From Yuukianura sp. NJ FZ-2021 (Eukaryota): a DNA stretch of 64,000 nucleotides. Both the position numbers and the translations under genes were made by a program. The stretch spans positions 7,502,001 to 7,566,000 of the forward strand of contig CM102286.1 of the NCBI GenBank assembly GCA_046563655.1, read 5' to 3'. Of this stretch, positions 23,801 to 37,200 are shown piece after piece; position 1 is the first letter of the stretch; each line of letters opens with the position of its first letter. The notes below the pieces were generated by a model. It was not told the origin of the DNA. It ran no database searches and saw only the letters and a list, made by a program, of their open reading frames with translations.

Positions 23801-26639
23801 ATGAAGCTCTTGGAAAACAGTCACTTGGAAGCCATTTCTTCCCAGATCTCCAGTTTGGAAATTGGGGACTTCAAGGTCTTTGGAAGTTTGGAATCATATT
23901 CATGCAAGGTAATCTTGGGTGCCAGAAGTTACATCCTATTAATTATGCCTCATTCATTACTATTGTTATGTCTCATCAACTGCGTTTATTCAGAGGTGGG
24001 GCCCGAGACCTAGAAAAGCGAAACGGTATAAGTGTACTATCGTGTACTAGTACCGATTTTTTTCAAAAATTTTTTATAGACACCGTATGGACCCCTGATC
24101 ACGAAAATACAATTTTTTTTGAGGGGTCTCAAAAAAAAAATATTTTTTCGAAATTTTGAAAAAAAAATTCGAAATTTTTTTTTTGTGTCCGATTTTGCTC
24201 AAAATGAGTTTTTAGACTAATTCATGTATGGTAAACACGAATATGAAAGAATTTTTGTCCTAGGATGTAAGACAAAAAAGTTATGCGCTGCTGATATGAT
24301 TTGACTCCATAAATCCATTGTGTTTCCCGCGCCGAAGGCGCGGTGTTAGGTTATTAAAAGTTCGCAAAGCTGATTTCGTCTCGAGGTTAGGTTTTCTAAA
24401 GTTCGCTATACTGACTCCGTCTCGAGGTTAGGTTTCTTAAAGTTAGGTTGTATTTGCGGCATATTCCGTTCAATTTTTCTTCCACTAACTTTTTTGTCTT
24501 ACATCCTAGGGCAAAAATTCTTTCATATTCGTGTTTACCATACATGAATTACTCTAAAAACTCATTTTGAGCGAAATCGGACACAAAAAAAAATTTCGAA
24601 TTTTTTTTTTCAAAATTTCGAAAAAATACTTTTTTTTTGAGACCCCTCAAAAAAAATTGTATTTTCGTGATCAGGGGTCCATAGAGTGTTCACAGAAAAA
24701 ATTTGAAAAAAATCGGTGCTAGTACACGATAGTAAAATTTTTCCAGCGAAACAAAATAGGCTTAAACTAAGCATAAAGCTAATCATTTTGTCTCAAATTT
24801 TTCCCTGGGAATCATCGCCTGTTGCTAGGTGGTAATCCTGATTTCGATTTCTGAGGGTAAATACTGGTGACCTTTGGAGCTTTATTCATAGTCAATCATC
24901 ACAACCACAAGAGCCAAGCCATGCCTGCATAAGTCCTAACTTTCGGTTTAAACTGGACCTAATATACCGCGCTTATGTCTCATTTTCACTTTTCGGAACC
25001 GCGCTTGCATTAGAGTGTGCGCTTCTATTAGAATGCGCGCTTACATTAGAATAAATACGGTAAGAATGTTTTTTTAGAATAAAAACTCAATCAGAGCTAG
25101 TATTTTCCAACTAAAATTGCAAGATACCCTCTTGGCAAGAGGACAAGATGTTATTGAAAAAAGCAAATGGATGGCCTCAGCTTTTAAGTTTAGTTGTGTT
25201 GTCACTTTTTTGAAGTTAACGACCTCCGATAATCTCTAATCTTTTATTTACTACTCGAAGTTAAATCTCCAATTCAGTAATAAGAGCATAATTTGCATAG
25301 GGGTGGGGATATTTATTAACACGGTACAGTTGGGCAACGTCTATGTCGAACTTTAACCATCATCATCATCTGCTCAAACCTTATGGCATGTCCTCGTCGA
25401 GGCGTTTAGAAAATAAAATTACTAATACCAGCATGACGTTTTGACATGCAAAACTGAGGTATTGTTTGGACTTTACTTTTGGTTGTATGTATTGTCGAAA
25501 TTCTTTCGTAATACTTCTGAATCTGCCTATTTCAGGTCGCAGGGGGTGAACAGAAATCCCTGTACAAGAAGATGGCTCGAGAAGGCGGCGCTTCAGAGAT
25601 CGTTGCTCTGTCTCCACCAACTGATGACTTCCTGTCAAGATCAAACGACTCATCTGAAGCGGATTTCTTTACTGCTGAAAACCTGGAATTATTTGTCATT
25701 TCGAGAAAGACATTGTTCAACCTCATCACAACGTTGAATTTGTCTTTTCAACCAGACTACGACTTCAGTGAGGCCAGCAGTCACGAGTTCTCAAGAGCTC
25801 CCAGCCTTTCTCATGTCTGGGCTGAAATTGACTCTCGACTGGGTCAAGCAACATCCTATTACAAAGGGTTGAGGTAAAGCTACGGCATTTATGAAGAGAA
25901 AACACCAGTTCCCGTTAGATTACTGAAGTTGAACTCTTCTTTTGCATTCCCGCCAACAAAAATCGATTCGATTCTTTATGGCGGGAGTGTAAGCTGTAGT
26001 GAGTGTCCTTATGACCTGAAATAGGGAGAAAAGATGGGGTTCGTGTACGGCGGTGGTTGCTAGTCGCTTATGTGGTTTCCTTTCGTTTTTCTAAACATCC
26101 GTGGCGGTATGTCGTGGCCTATTAAATCGCAATGTTTTCGTTGTTATTATTAAGTAATTCGTGTAGAATGTAATGTAACATTTAGCAGCAATCTTAATTA
26201 AAGTTTAATTGGGTTTTCAAAAACTACCTAGTTTGGCGTTTTCTCTGCCTGCGCCTATTACTAACATTTGAAATAAACAGTATTGTGATTAATTGATCGT
26301 GTAATTGTTTTTTTTTTTTCTAGACAACGGCTTTGGGAAGCCATCGATGCTGAGATTGGGGGTCTCAAGAACGCTGAGATTTACATGTACAGACCGGACT
26401 TGGTATCGGATCCTTTTTCGGAAGCTGGGTGTGTCTGGTCCTTCAACTTCTTCTTCAACAATCCGAAGATTAAGAGAATCGTCTTTCTCACATGCAGAGC
26501 AATGAGGTAGCACATTGCGAACTGTTTGTAGAAACATATTTTAAGAAAGAATCGTTGAAAATTCAATATATTTTGTAGTCCGAATTCATCAGCCAGCGAG
26601 GAGTCTGAACTGTCCATGGAGGAGAACGATTATGATTAG
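23801..26639 (+). CDS. MAF1: Repressor of RNA polymerase III transcription MAF1; exons 23801-23908, 25536-25873, 26324-26506, 26579-26639
   Basis: MKLLEN...[40 protein letters not shown]...[30 protein letters not shown], and an acidic tail. Confidence 0.95.
24037..24732. mobile_element. Fold-back MITE with ~250-bp inverted arms in MAF1 intron 1
   Basis: ctatcgtgtactagtaccgatttt... / ...aaaatcggtgctagtacacgatag, TA on both sides, and short internal repeats containing gttaggtt. Confidence 0.9.
24998..25062. mobile_element. Probable DNA-transposon end fragment (pogo/Tc1-like) with ~17-bp repeats
   Basis: Three copies resembling cgcgcttrcattaga, ending in aataaatacggta. No matching partner end was found. 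Confidence 0.4.
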
Positions 26640-27444
26640 AAGCAATACTTCACACGAACCCAGCGTATCAGCGTCTCAATAACAAATTCAGAAAGTAATG
26701 GCGTATCCCTCTTGTTGGAGTACGGTTTAGCGAGGTCAAAGTTTCACAACGAAATATTTCCCCGCAACAGCGATTGGCTACACTTACGGCAACATATGTC
26801 GCCGTCCTACGCTACGTTAGGTCAAGTTTTAAGTTAGATATATTACATCTCACTTTAAAGTACACGTTAACTAAAAGTATGGCCGCAGTATAGATACACT
26901 GCGACTACAATGATTACGATCGTCGTTATCTACATCCATTTTATTGGTTGGATTTGGATTTACCCATATGTGCGCATGTTAAAAACTTGGAAAAATTTCG
27001 AGAAAAAGGTCACTGACATCCCTTGACAACCCAAAAAATGACCTCTACAAAAGTTGGGCTTGATGAGGTGATCATTTTTTTGTCCTCTGACCTATGACCC
27101 TGTGACCTTCTGTTGAGGTCATATGACAATTTGAAAGTTGGTTAGGTTAGGTTATACCTTCAAATTGGCCAAATGTTCAAAAAAATAATCAAATGTTAAC
27201 TTGTGAGTGCAGTAAGTAACCATGAACCTTACGTCAATCGAATTGCATTTTCGCTACGTACCCCTCCACTGGTTGGTGTAAATAAATGCCGCACATAATG
27301 TAACCACAAAGCCTGCCCATCAATTCGTAGTGTCCCAATGGTTACAATCCCAGCGCGTGAATCACTGAATTGAGTAGATTCTTCTGTCTGCGGAAGTTCC
27401 CCCCTCATTGTTTATACTTTGTTAATTGTGTGTAGACTTATGTT

Positions 27445-27682
27445 TATTCGGATCATAGTTCGGCACTTTCGCGATCCCAAGCCAGCGATCCTGCGCTCCC
27501 CGATCTCCGATCCCAGATCGGGGATCGCTTCCAGTAAGATCGCGGGGTAGGCCCAAAGATCGGGGATCGCCTCCAGTAAGATCGCGAGGGAGCCCGAAAG
27601 AGCGGGGATCGCAACCAGTAAGATCGCGGGGTAAGGGCAAAAGATCGGGGATCGGGTGGTTGGGAGCGCAACATAAGTGCCG
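27445..27682. repeat. GC-rich 42-bp repeat cluster (about 3 copies) within an inverted repeat tcggcactt...aagtgccga
   Basis: Unit gatcggggatcgcctccagtaagatcgcggggtaggcccaaa. Confidence 0.9.
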
Positions 27683-28221
27683 AGGCGAGGTGAGATAAGG
27701 GAGGAGAATCAGGGCTTGGGCGAACACTTCCTCCTTTGCTAACTTTAAAATTGGGTCTGACTATTCCCCTGACGTTTTTTTCTTCTTGACCAAAACGAGA
27801 AACCAGCGGGATGGGGGAATTTGGTAAAGTTAGTAAAGCCATGTTCCTCTCCTTTACCCGATATGTGTATTCTGTACTGATACTTCGATTGTGTGTGAAA
27901 TCAGAATTCGGCTTAGTGAGCTCTTTATGGCTAGTGGCTAGTACTTTTCAAAGTTAAATTGTTGGACGGAGACAATCATAATTGTCTAACACAAATTTCA
28001 TACTTGGTAAACCTTGGTTATTTATGGAATGGCTCAACGGCTGGAATGTGGCCGACATTCTTTTTATTACACTAAGTTGTTACACTATGCTAAACAAGAA
28101 TTATGGGGTTTAGACGAAGAAGGGCCTATGTCGTTGCCAAGAAAATAACTTCGAGTTGTTGACTAGAATTGAAAGTGCTAATTTGTGAAAAGCACTGTCG
28201 GTCTGTCCGTTTCAAACGTTT

Positions 28222-31200
28222 AATATTTCCATAAAAAAGGAAAATGCACTGTAGTGAATTTGTTAGCCTAATCCTGACTTTTTCCAAAAGTCCTTCTGTA
28301 GAAAGTTAGAAGGTGTGATGGTGTTTTTAAAAATCAATATTTCGGAATTTTTTAAATTTCCATAAAAAAGGAAAATACACTGCAGTGAATTTGTTAGCCT
28401 AATCCTGACTTTTTCCAAAAATCCTTCTGTAGAAAGTTAGAAGGTGTGATGGTGTTTTTAAAAATCAATATTTCGGAATTTTTTAAATTTCCATAAAAAA
28501 GGAAAATGCACTGTAGTGAATTTGTTAGCCTAATCCTGACTTTTTCCAAAAATCCTTCTGTAGAAAGTTAGAAGGTGTGATGGTATTTTTAAAAATCAAT
28601 ACTTTGGAATTTTTTAAATTTCCATAAAAAAGGAAAATGCACTGTAGTGAATTTGTTAGCCTAATCCTGACTTTTTCCAAAAATCCTTCTGTAGAAAGTT
28701 AGAAGGTGTGATGGTGTTTTTAAAAATCAATATTTCGGAATTTTTTAAATTTCCATAAAAAAGGAAAATGCACTGTAGTGAATTTGTTAGCTTAATCCTG
28801 ACTTTTTCCAAAAATCCTTCTGTAGAAAGTTAGAAGGTGTGATGGTGTTTTTAAAAATCAATATTTCGGAATTTTTTAAATTTCCATAAAAAAGGAAAAT
28901 ACACTGTAGTGAATTTGTTAGCCTAATCCTGACTTTTTCCAAAAATCCTTCTGTAGAAAGTTAGAAGGTGTGATGGTATTTTTAAAAATCAATGTTTCGG
29001 AATTTTTTAAATTTCCATAAAAAAGGAAAATACACTGCAGTGAATTTGTTAGCCTAATCCTGACTTTTTCCAAAACTCCTTCTGTAGAAAGTTAGAAGGT
29101 GTGATGGTGTTTTTAAAAATCAATATTTCGGAATTTTTTAAATTTCCATAAAAAAGGAAAATGCACTGTAGTGAATTTGTTAGCCTAATCCTGACTTTTT
29201 CCAAAAATCCTTCTGTAGAAAGTTAGAAGGTGTGATGGTATTTTTAAAAATCAATATTTCGGAATTTTTTAAATTTCCATAAAAAAGGAAAATACACTGT
29301 AGTGAATTTGTTAGCCTAATCCTGACTTTTTCCAAAAATCCTTCTGTAGAAAGTTAGAAGGTGTGATGGTGTTTTTAAAAATCAATATTTCGGAATTTTT
29401 TAAATTTCCATAAAAAAGGAAAATACACTGCAGTGAATTTGTTAGCCTAATCCTGACTTTTTCCAAAAATCCTTCTGTAGAAAGTTAGAAGGTGTGATGG
29501 TGTTTTTAAAAATCAATATTTCGGAATTTTTTAAATTTCCATAAAAAAGGAAAATGCACTGTAGTGAATTTGTTAGCCTAATCCTGACTTTTTCCAAAAA
29601 TCCTTCTGTAGAAAGTTAGAAGGTGTGATGATGTTTTTAAAAATCAATATTTCGGAATTTTTTAAATTTCCATAAAAAAGGAAAATACACTGCAGTGAAT
29701 TTGTTAGCCTAATCCTGACTTTTTCCAAAACTCCTTCTGTAGAAAGTTAGAAGGTGTGATGGTGTTTTTAAAAATCAATATTTCGGAATTTTTTAAATTT
29801 CCATAAAAAAGGAAAATGCACTGTAGTGAATTTGTTAGCCTAATCCTGACTTTTTCCAAAAATCCTTCTGTAGAAAGTTAGAAGGTGTGATGGTATTTTT
29901 AAAAATCAATATTTTGGAATTTTTTAAATTTCCATAAAAAAGGAAAATACACTGTAGTGAATTTGTTAGCCTAATCCTGACTTTTTCCAAAAATCCTTCT
30001 GTAGAAAGTTAGAAGGTGTGATGGTGTTTTTAAAAATCAATATTTCGGAATTTTTTAAATTTCCATAAAAAAGGAAAATACACTGCAGTGAATTTGTTAG
30101 CCTAATCCTGACTTTTTCCAAAAATCCTTCTGTAGAAAGTTAGAAGGTGTGATGGTGTTTTTAAAAATCAATATTTCGGAATTTTTTAAATTTCCATAAA
30201 AAAGGAAAATGCACTGTAGTGAATTTGTTAGCCTAATCCTGACTTTTTCCAAAAATCCTTGTGGAGAAAGTTAGAAGGTGTGATGGTATTTTTAAAAATC
30301 AATACTTTGGAATTTTTTAAATTTCCATAAAAAAGGAAAATGCACTGTAGTGAATTTGTTAGCCTAATCCTGACTTTTTCCAAAAATCCTTCTGTAGAAA
30401 GTTAGAAGGTGTGATGGTGTTTTTAAAAATCAATATTTCGGAATTTTTTAAATTTCCATAAAAAAGGAAAATGCACTGTAGTGAATTTGTTAGCTTAATC
30501 CTGACTTTTTCCAAAAATCCTTCTGTAGAAAGTTAGAAGGTGTGATGGTGTTTTTAAAAATCAATATTTCGGAATTTTTTAAATTTCCATAAAAAAGGAA
30601 AATACACTGTAGTGAATTTGTTAGCCTAATCCTGACTTTTTCCAAAAATCCTTCTGTAGAAAGTTAGAAGGTGTGATGGTATTTTTAAAAATCAATGTTT
30701 CGGAATTTTTTAAATTTCCATAAAAAAGGAAAATACACTGCAGTGAATTTGTTAGCCTAATCCTGACTTTTTCCAAAACTCCTTCTGTAGAAAGTTAGAA
30801 GGTGTGATGGTGTTTTTAAAAATCAATATTTCGGAATTTTTTAAATTTCCATAAAAAAGGAAAATGCACTGTAGTGAATTTGTTAGCCTAATCCTGACTT
30901 TTTCCAAAAATCCTTCTGTAGAAAGTTAGAAGGTGTGATGGTATTTTTAAAAATCAATCTTTTGGAATTTTTTAAATTTCCATAAAAAAGGAAAATACAC
31001 TGTAGTGAATTTGTTAGCCTAATCCTGACTTTTTCCAAAAATCCTTCTGTAGAAAGTTAGAAGGTGTGATGGTGTTTTTAAAAATCAATATTTCGGAATT
31101 TTTTAAATTTCCATAAAAAAGGAAAATACACTGCAGTGAATTTGTTAGCCTAATCCTGACTTTTTCCAAAAATCCTTCTGTAGAAAGTTAGAAGGTGTGA

Positions 31201-34200
31201 TGGTGTTTTTAAAAATCAATATTTCGGAATTTTTTAAATTTCCATAAAAAAGGAAAATGCACTGTAGTGAATTTGTTAGCCTAATCCTGACTTTTTCCAA
31301 AAATCCTTCTGTAGAAAGTTAGAAGGTGTGATGGTGTTTTTAAAAATCAATATTTCGGAATTTTTTAAATTTCCATAAAAAAGGAAAATGCACTGTAGTG
31401 AATTTGTTAGCTTAATCCTGACTTTTTCCAAAAATCCTTCTGTAGAAAGTTAGAAGGTGTGATGGTGTTTTTAAAAATCAATATTTCGGAATTTTTTAAA
31501 TTTCCATAAAAAAGGAAAATACACTGTAGTGAATTTGTTAGCCTAATCCTGACTTTTTCCAAAAATCCTTCTGTAGAAAGTTAGAAGGTGTGATGGTATT
31601 TTTAAAAATCAATATTTTGGAATTTTTTAAATTTCCATAAAAAAGGAAAATGCACTGTAGTGAATTTGTTAGCCTAATCCTGACTTTTTCCAAAAATCCT
31701 TCTGTAGAAAGTTAGAAGGTGTGATGGTGTTTTTAAAAATCAATATTTCGGAATTTTTTAAATTTCCATAAAAAAGGAAAATACACTGTAGTGAATTTGT
31801 TAGCCTAATCCTGACTTTTTCCAAAAATCCTTCTGTAGAAAGTTAGAAGGTGTGATGGTGTTTTTAAAAATCAATATTTCGGAATTTTTTAAATTTCCAT
31901 AAAAAAAGGAAAATGCACTGTAGTGAATTTGTTAGCCTAATCCTGACTTTTTCCAAAAATCCTTCTGTAGAAAGTTAGAAGGTGTGATGGTGTTTTTAAA
32001 AATCAATATTTCGGAATTTTTTAAATTTCCATAAAAAAGGAAAATACACTGTAGTGAATTTGTTAGCCTAATCCTGACTTTTTCCAAAAATCCTTCTGTA
32101 GAAAGTTAGAAGGTGTGATGGTGTTTTTAAAAATCAATATTTCGGAATTTTTTAAATTTCCATAAAAAAGGAAAATGCACTGTAGTGAATTTGTTAGCCT
32201 AATCCTGACTTTTTCCAAAAATCCTTCTGTAGAAAGTTAGAAGGTGTGATGGTGTTTTTAAAAATCAATATTTCGGAATTTTTTAAATTTCCATAAAAAA
32301 GGAAAATGCACTGTAGTGAATTTGTTAGCCTAATCCTGACTTTTTCCAAAAATCCTTCTGTAGAAAGTTAGAAGGTGTGATGGTGTTTTTAAAAATCAAT
32401 ATTTCGGAATTTTTTAAATTTCCATAAAAAAGGAAAATGCACTGTAGTGAATTTGTGAGCCTAATCCTGACTTTTTCCAAAAATCCTTCTGTAGAAAGTT
32501 AGAAGGTGTGATGGTGTTTTTAAAAATCAATATTTCGGAATTTTTTAAATTTCCATAAAAAAGGAAAATGCACTGTAGTGAATTTGTTAGCCTAATCCTG
32601 ACTTTTTCCAAAAATCCTTCTGTAGAAAGTTAGAAGGTGTGATGGTGTTTTTAAAAATCAATATTTCGGAATTTTTTAAATTTCCATAAAAAAGGAAAAT
32701 GCACTGTAGTAAATTTGTTAGCCTAATCCTGACTTTTTCCAAAAATCCTTCTGTAGAAAGTTAGAAGGTGTGATGGTGTTTTTAAAAATCAATATTTCGG
32801 AATTTTTTAAATTTCCATAAAAAAGGAAAATGCACTGTAGTGAATTTGTTAGCCTAATCCTGACTTTTTCCAAAAATCCTTCTGTAGAAAGTTAGAAGGT
32901 GTGATGGTGTTTTTAAAAATCAATATTTCGGAATTTTTTAAATTTCCATAAAAAAGGAAAATGCACTGTAGTGAATTTGTTAGCCTAATCCTGACTTTTT
33001 CCAAAAATCCTTCTGTAGAAAGTTAGAAGGTGTGATGGTGTTTTTAAAAATCAATATTTCGGAATTTTTTAAATTTCCATAAAAAAGGAAAATGCACTGT
33101 AGTGAATTTGTTAGCCTAATCCTGACTTTTTCCAAAAATCCTTCTGTAGAAAGTTAGAAGGTGTGATGGTGTTTTTAAAAATCAATATTTCGGAATTTTT
33201 TAAATTTCCATAAAAAAGGAAAATACACTGTAGTGAATTTGTTAGCCTAATCCTGACTTTTTCCAAAAATCCTTCTGTAGAAAGTTAGAAGGTGTGATGG
33301 TGTTTTTAAAAATCAATATTTCGGAATTTTTTAAATTTCCATAAAAAAGGAAAATGCACTGTAGTGAATTTGTTAGCCTAATCCTGACTTTTTCCAAAAA
33401 TCCTTCTGTAGAAAGTTAGAAGGTGTGATGGTGTTTTTAAAAATCAATATTTCGGAATTTTTTAAATTTCCATAAAAAAGGAAAATGCACTGTAGTGAAT
33501 TTGTTAGCTTAATCCTGACTTTTTCCAAAAATCCTTCTGTAGAAAGTTAGAAGGTGTGATGGTGTTTTTAAAAATCAATATTTCGGAATTTTTTAAATTT
33601 CCATAAAAAAGGAAAATACACTGTAGTGAATTTGTTAGCCTAATCCTGACTTTTTCCAAAAATCCTGCTGTAGAAAGTTAGAAGGTGTGATGGTATTTTT
33701 AAAAATCAATATTTCGGAATTTTTTAAATTTCCATAAAAAGGAAAATGCACTGTAGTGAATTTGTTAGCCTAATCCTGACTTTTTCCAAAAATCCTTCTG
33801 TAGAAAGTTAGAAGGTGTGATGGTGTTTTTAAAAATCAATATTTCGGAATTTTTTAAATTTCCATAAAAAAGGAAAATGCACTGTAGTGAATTTGTTAGC
33901 CTAATCCTGACTTTTTCCAAAAATCCTTCTGTAGAAAGTTAGAAGGTGTGATGGTGTTTTTAAAAATCAATATTTCGGAATTTTTTAAATTTCCATAAAA
34001 AAGGAAAATACACTGTAGTGAATTTGTTAGCCTAATCCTGACTTTTTCCAAAAATCCTTCTGTAGAAAGTTAGAAGGTGTGATGGTGTTTTTAAAAATCA
34101 ATATTTCGGAATTTTTTAAATTTCCATAAAAAAGGAAAATGCACTGTAGTGAATTTGTTAGCTTAATCCTGACTTTTTCCAAAAATCCTTCTGTAGAAAG

Positions 34201-37200
34201 TTAGAAGGTGTGATGGTGTTTTTAAAAATCAATATTTCGGAATTTTTTAAATTTCCATAAAAAAGGAAAATACACTGTAGTGAATTTGTTAGCCTAATCC
34301 TGACTTTTTCCAAAAATCCTTCTGTAGAAAGTTAGAAGGTGTGATGGTATTTTTAAAAATCAATATTTTGGAATTTTTTAAATTTCCATAAAAAAGGAAA
34401 ATGCACTGTAGTGAATTTGTTAGCCTAATCCTGACTTTTTCCAAAAATCCTTCTGTAGAAAGTTAGAAGGTGTGATGGTGTTTTTAAAAATCAATATTTC
34501 GGAATTTTTTAAATTTCCATAAAAAAGGAAAATACACTGTAGTGAATTTGTTAGCCTAATCCTGACTTTTTCCAAAAATCCTTCTGTAGAAAGTTAGAAG
34601 GTGTGATGGTGTTTTTAAAAATCAATATTTCGGAATTTTTTAAATTTCCATAAAAAAGGAAAATGCACTGTAGTGAATTTGTTAGCCTAATCCTGACTTT
34701 TTCCAAAAATCCTTCTGTAGAAAGTTAGAAGGTGTGATGGTGTTTTTAAAAATCAATATTTCGGAATTTTTTAAATTTCCATAAAAAAGGAAAATACACT
34801 GTAGTGAATTTGTTAGCCTAATCCTGACTTTTTCCAAAAATCCTTCTGTAGAAAGTTAGAAGGTGTGATGGTGTTTTTAAAAATCAATATTTCGGAATTT
34901 TTTAAATTTCCATAAAAAAGGAAAATGCACTGTAGTGAATTTGTTAGCCTAATCCTGACTTTTTCCAAAAATCCTTCTGTAGAAAGTTAGAAGGTGTGAT
35001 GGTGTTTTTAAAAATCAATATTTCGGAATTTTTTAAATTTCCATAAAAAAGGAAAATGCACTGTAGTGAATTTGTTAGCCTAATCCTGACTTTTTCCAAA
35101 AATCCTTCTGTAGAAAGTTAGAAGGTGTGATGGTGTTTTTAAAAATCAATATTTCGGAATTTTTTAAATTTCCATAAAAAAGGAAAATGCACTGTAGTGA
35201 ATTTGTGAGCCTAATCCTGACTTTTTCCAAAAATCCTTCTGTAGAAAGTTAGAAGGTGTGATGGTGTTTTTAAAAATCAATATTTCGGAATTTTTTAAAT
35301 TTCCATAAAAAAGGAAAATGCACTGTAGTGAATTTGTTAGCCTAATCCTGACTTTTTCCAAAAATCCTTCTGTAGAAAGTTAGAAGGTGTGATGGTGTTT
35401 TTAAAAATCAATATTTCGGAATTTTTTAAATTTCCATAAAAAAGGAAAATGCACTGTAGTAAATTTGTTAGCCTAATCCTGACTTTTTCCAAAAATCCTT
35501 CTGTAGAAAGTTAGAAGGTGTGATGGTGTTTTTAAAAATCAATATTTCGGAATTTTTTAAATTTCCATAAAAAAGGAAAATGCACTGTAGTGAATTTGTT
35601 AGCCTAATCCTGACTTTTTCCAAAAATCCTTCTGTAGAAAGTTAGAAGGTGTGATGGTGTTTTTAAAAATCAATATTTCGGAATTTTTTAAATTTCCATA
35701 AAAAAGGAAAATGCACTGTAGTGAATTTGTTAGCCTAATCCTGACTTTTTCCAAAAATCCTTCTGTAGAAAGTTAGAAGGTGTGATGGTGTTTTTAAAAA
35801 TCAATATTTCGGAATTTTTTAAATTTCCATAAAAAAGGAAAATGCACTGTAGTGAATTTGTTAGCCTAATCCTGACTTTTTCCAAAAATCCTTCTGTAGA
35901 AAGTTAGAAGGTGTGATGGTGTTTTTAAAAATCAATATTTCGGAATTTTTTAAATTTCCATAAAAAAGGAAAATACACTGTAGTGAATTTGTTAGCCTAA
36001 TCCTGACTTTTTCCAAAAATCCTTCTGTAGAAAGTTAGAAGGTGTGATGGTGTTTTTAAAAATCAATATTTCGGAATTTTTTAAATTTCCATAAAAAAGG
36101 AAAATGCACTGTAGTGAATTTGTTAGCCTAATCCTGACTTTTTCCAAAAATCCTTCTGTAGAAAGTTAGAAGGTGTGATGGTGTTTTTAAAAATCAATAT
36201 TTCGGAATTTTTTAAATTTCCATAAAAAAGGAAAATGCACTGTAGTGAATTTGTTAGCTTAATCCTGACTTTTTCCAAAAATCCTTCTGTAGAAAGTTAG
36301 AAGGTGTGATGGTGTTTTTAAAAATCAATATTTCGGAATTTTTTAAATTTCCATAAAAAAGGAAAATACACTGTAGTGAATTTGTTAGCCTAATCCTGAC
36401 TTTTTCCAAAAATCCTGCTGTAGAAAGTTAGAAGGTGTGATGGTATTTTTAAAAATCAATATTTCGGAATTTTTTAAATTTCCATAAAAAAAGGAAAATG
36501 CACTGTAGTGAATTTGTTAGCCTAATCCTGACCTTTTCCAAAAATCCTTCTGTAGAAAGTTAGAAGGTGTGATGGTGTTTTTAAAAATCAATATTTCGGA
36601 ATTTTTTAAATTTCCATAAAAAAGGAAAATACACTGTAGTGAATTTGTTAGCCTAATCCTGACTTTTTCCAAAAATCCTTCTGTAGAAAGTTAGAAGGTG
36701 TGATGGTGTTTTTAAAAATCAATATTTCGGAATTTTTTAAATTTCCATAAAAAAGGAAAATGCACTGTAGGGAATTTGTTAGCCTAATCCTGACTTTTTC
36801 CAAAAATCCTTCTGTAGAAAGTTAGAAGGTGTGATGGTGTTTTTAAAAATCAATATTTCGGAATTTTTTAAATTTCCATAAAAAAGGAAAAGGAAAATAC
36901 ACTGTAGTGAATTTGTTAGCTTAATCCTGACTTTTTCCAAAAATCCTTCTGTAGAAAGTTAGAAGGTGTGATGGTGTTTTTAAAAATCAATATTTCGGAA
37001 TTTTTTAAATTTCCATAAAAAAGGAAAATGCACTGTAGTGAATTTGTTAGCCTAATCCTGACTTTTTCCAAAAATCCTTCTGTAGAAAGTTAGAAGGTGT
37101 GATGGTGTTTTTAAAAATCAATATTTCGGAATTTTTTAAATTTCCATAAAAAAAGGAAAATGCACTGTAGTGAATTTGTTAGCCTAATCCTGACTTTTTC

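Noticed and set aside
24340..24450. TTAGG telomeric repeats (also near 27140)
   Set aside because: Only scattered copies inside repeat elements, not a telomeric array.
32414..35361. Two identical 65-aa minus-strand ORFs
   Set aside because: They arise from one variant that removes a stop codon in the repeat, copied by block duplication.
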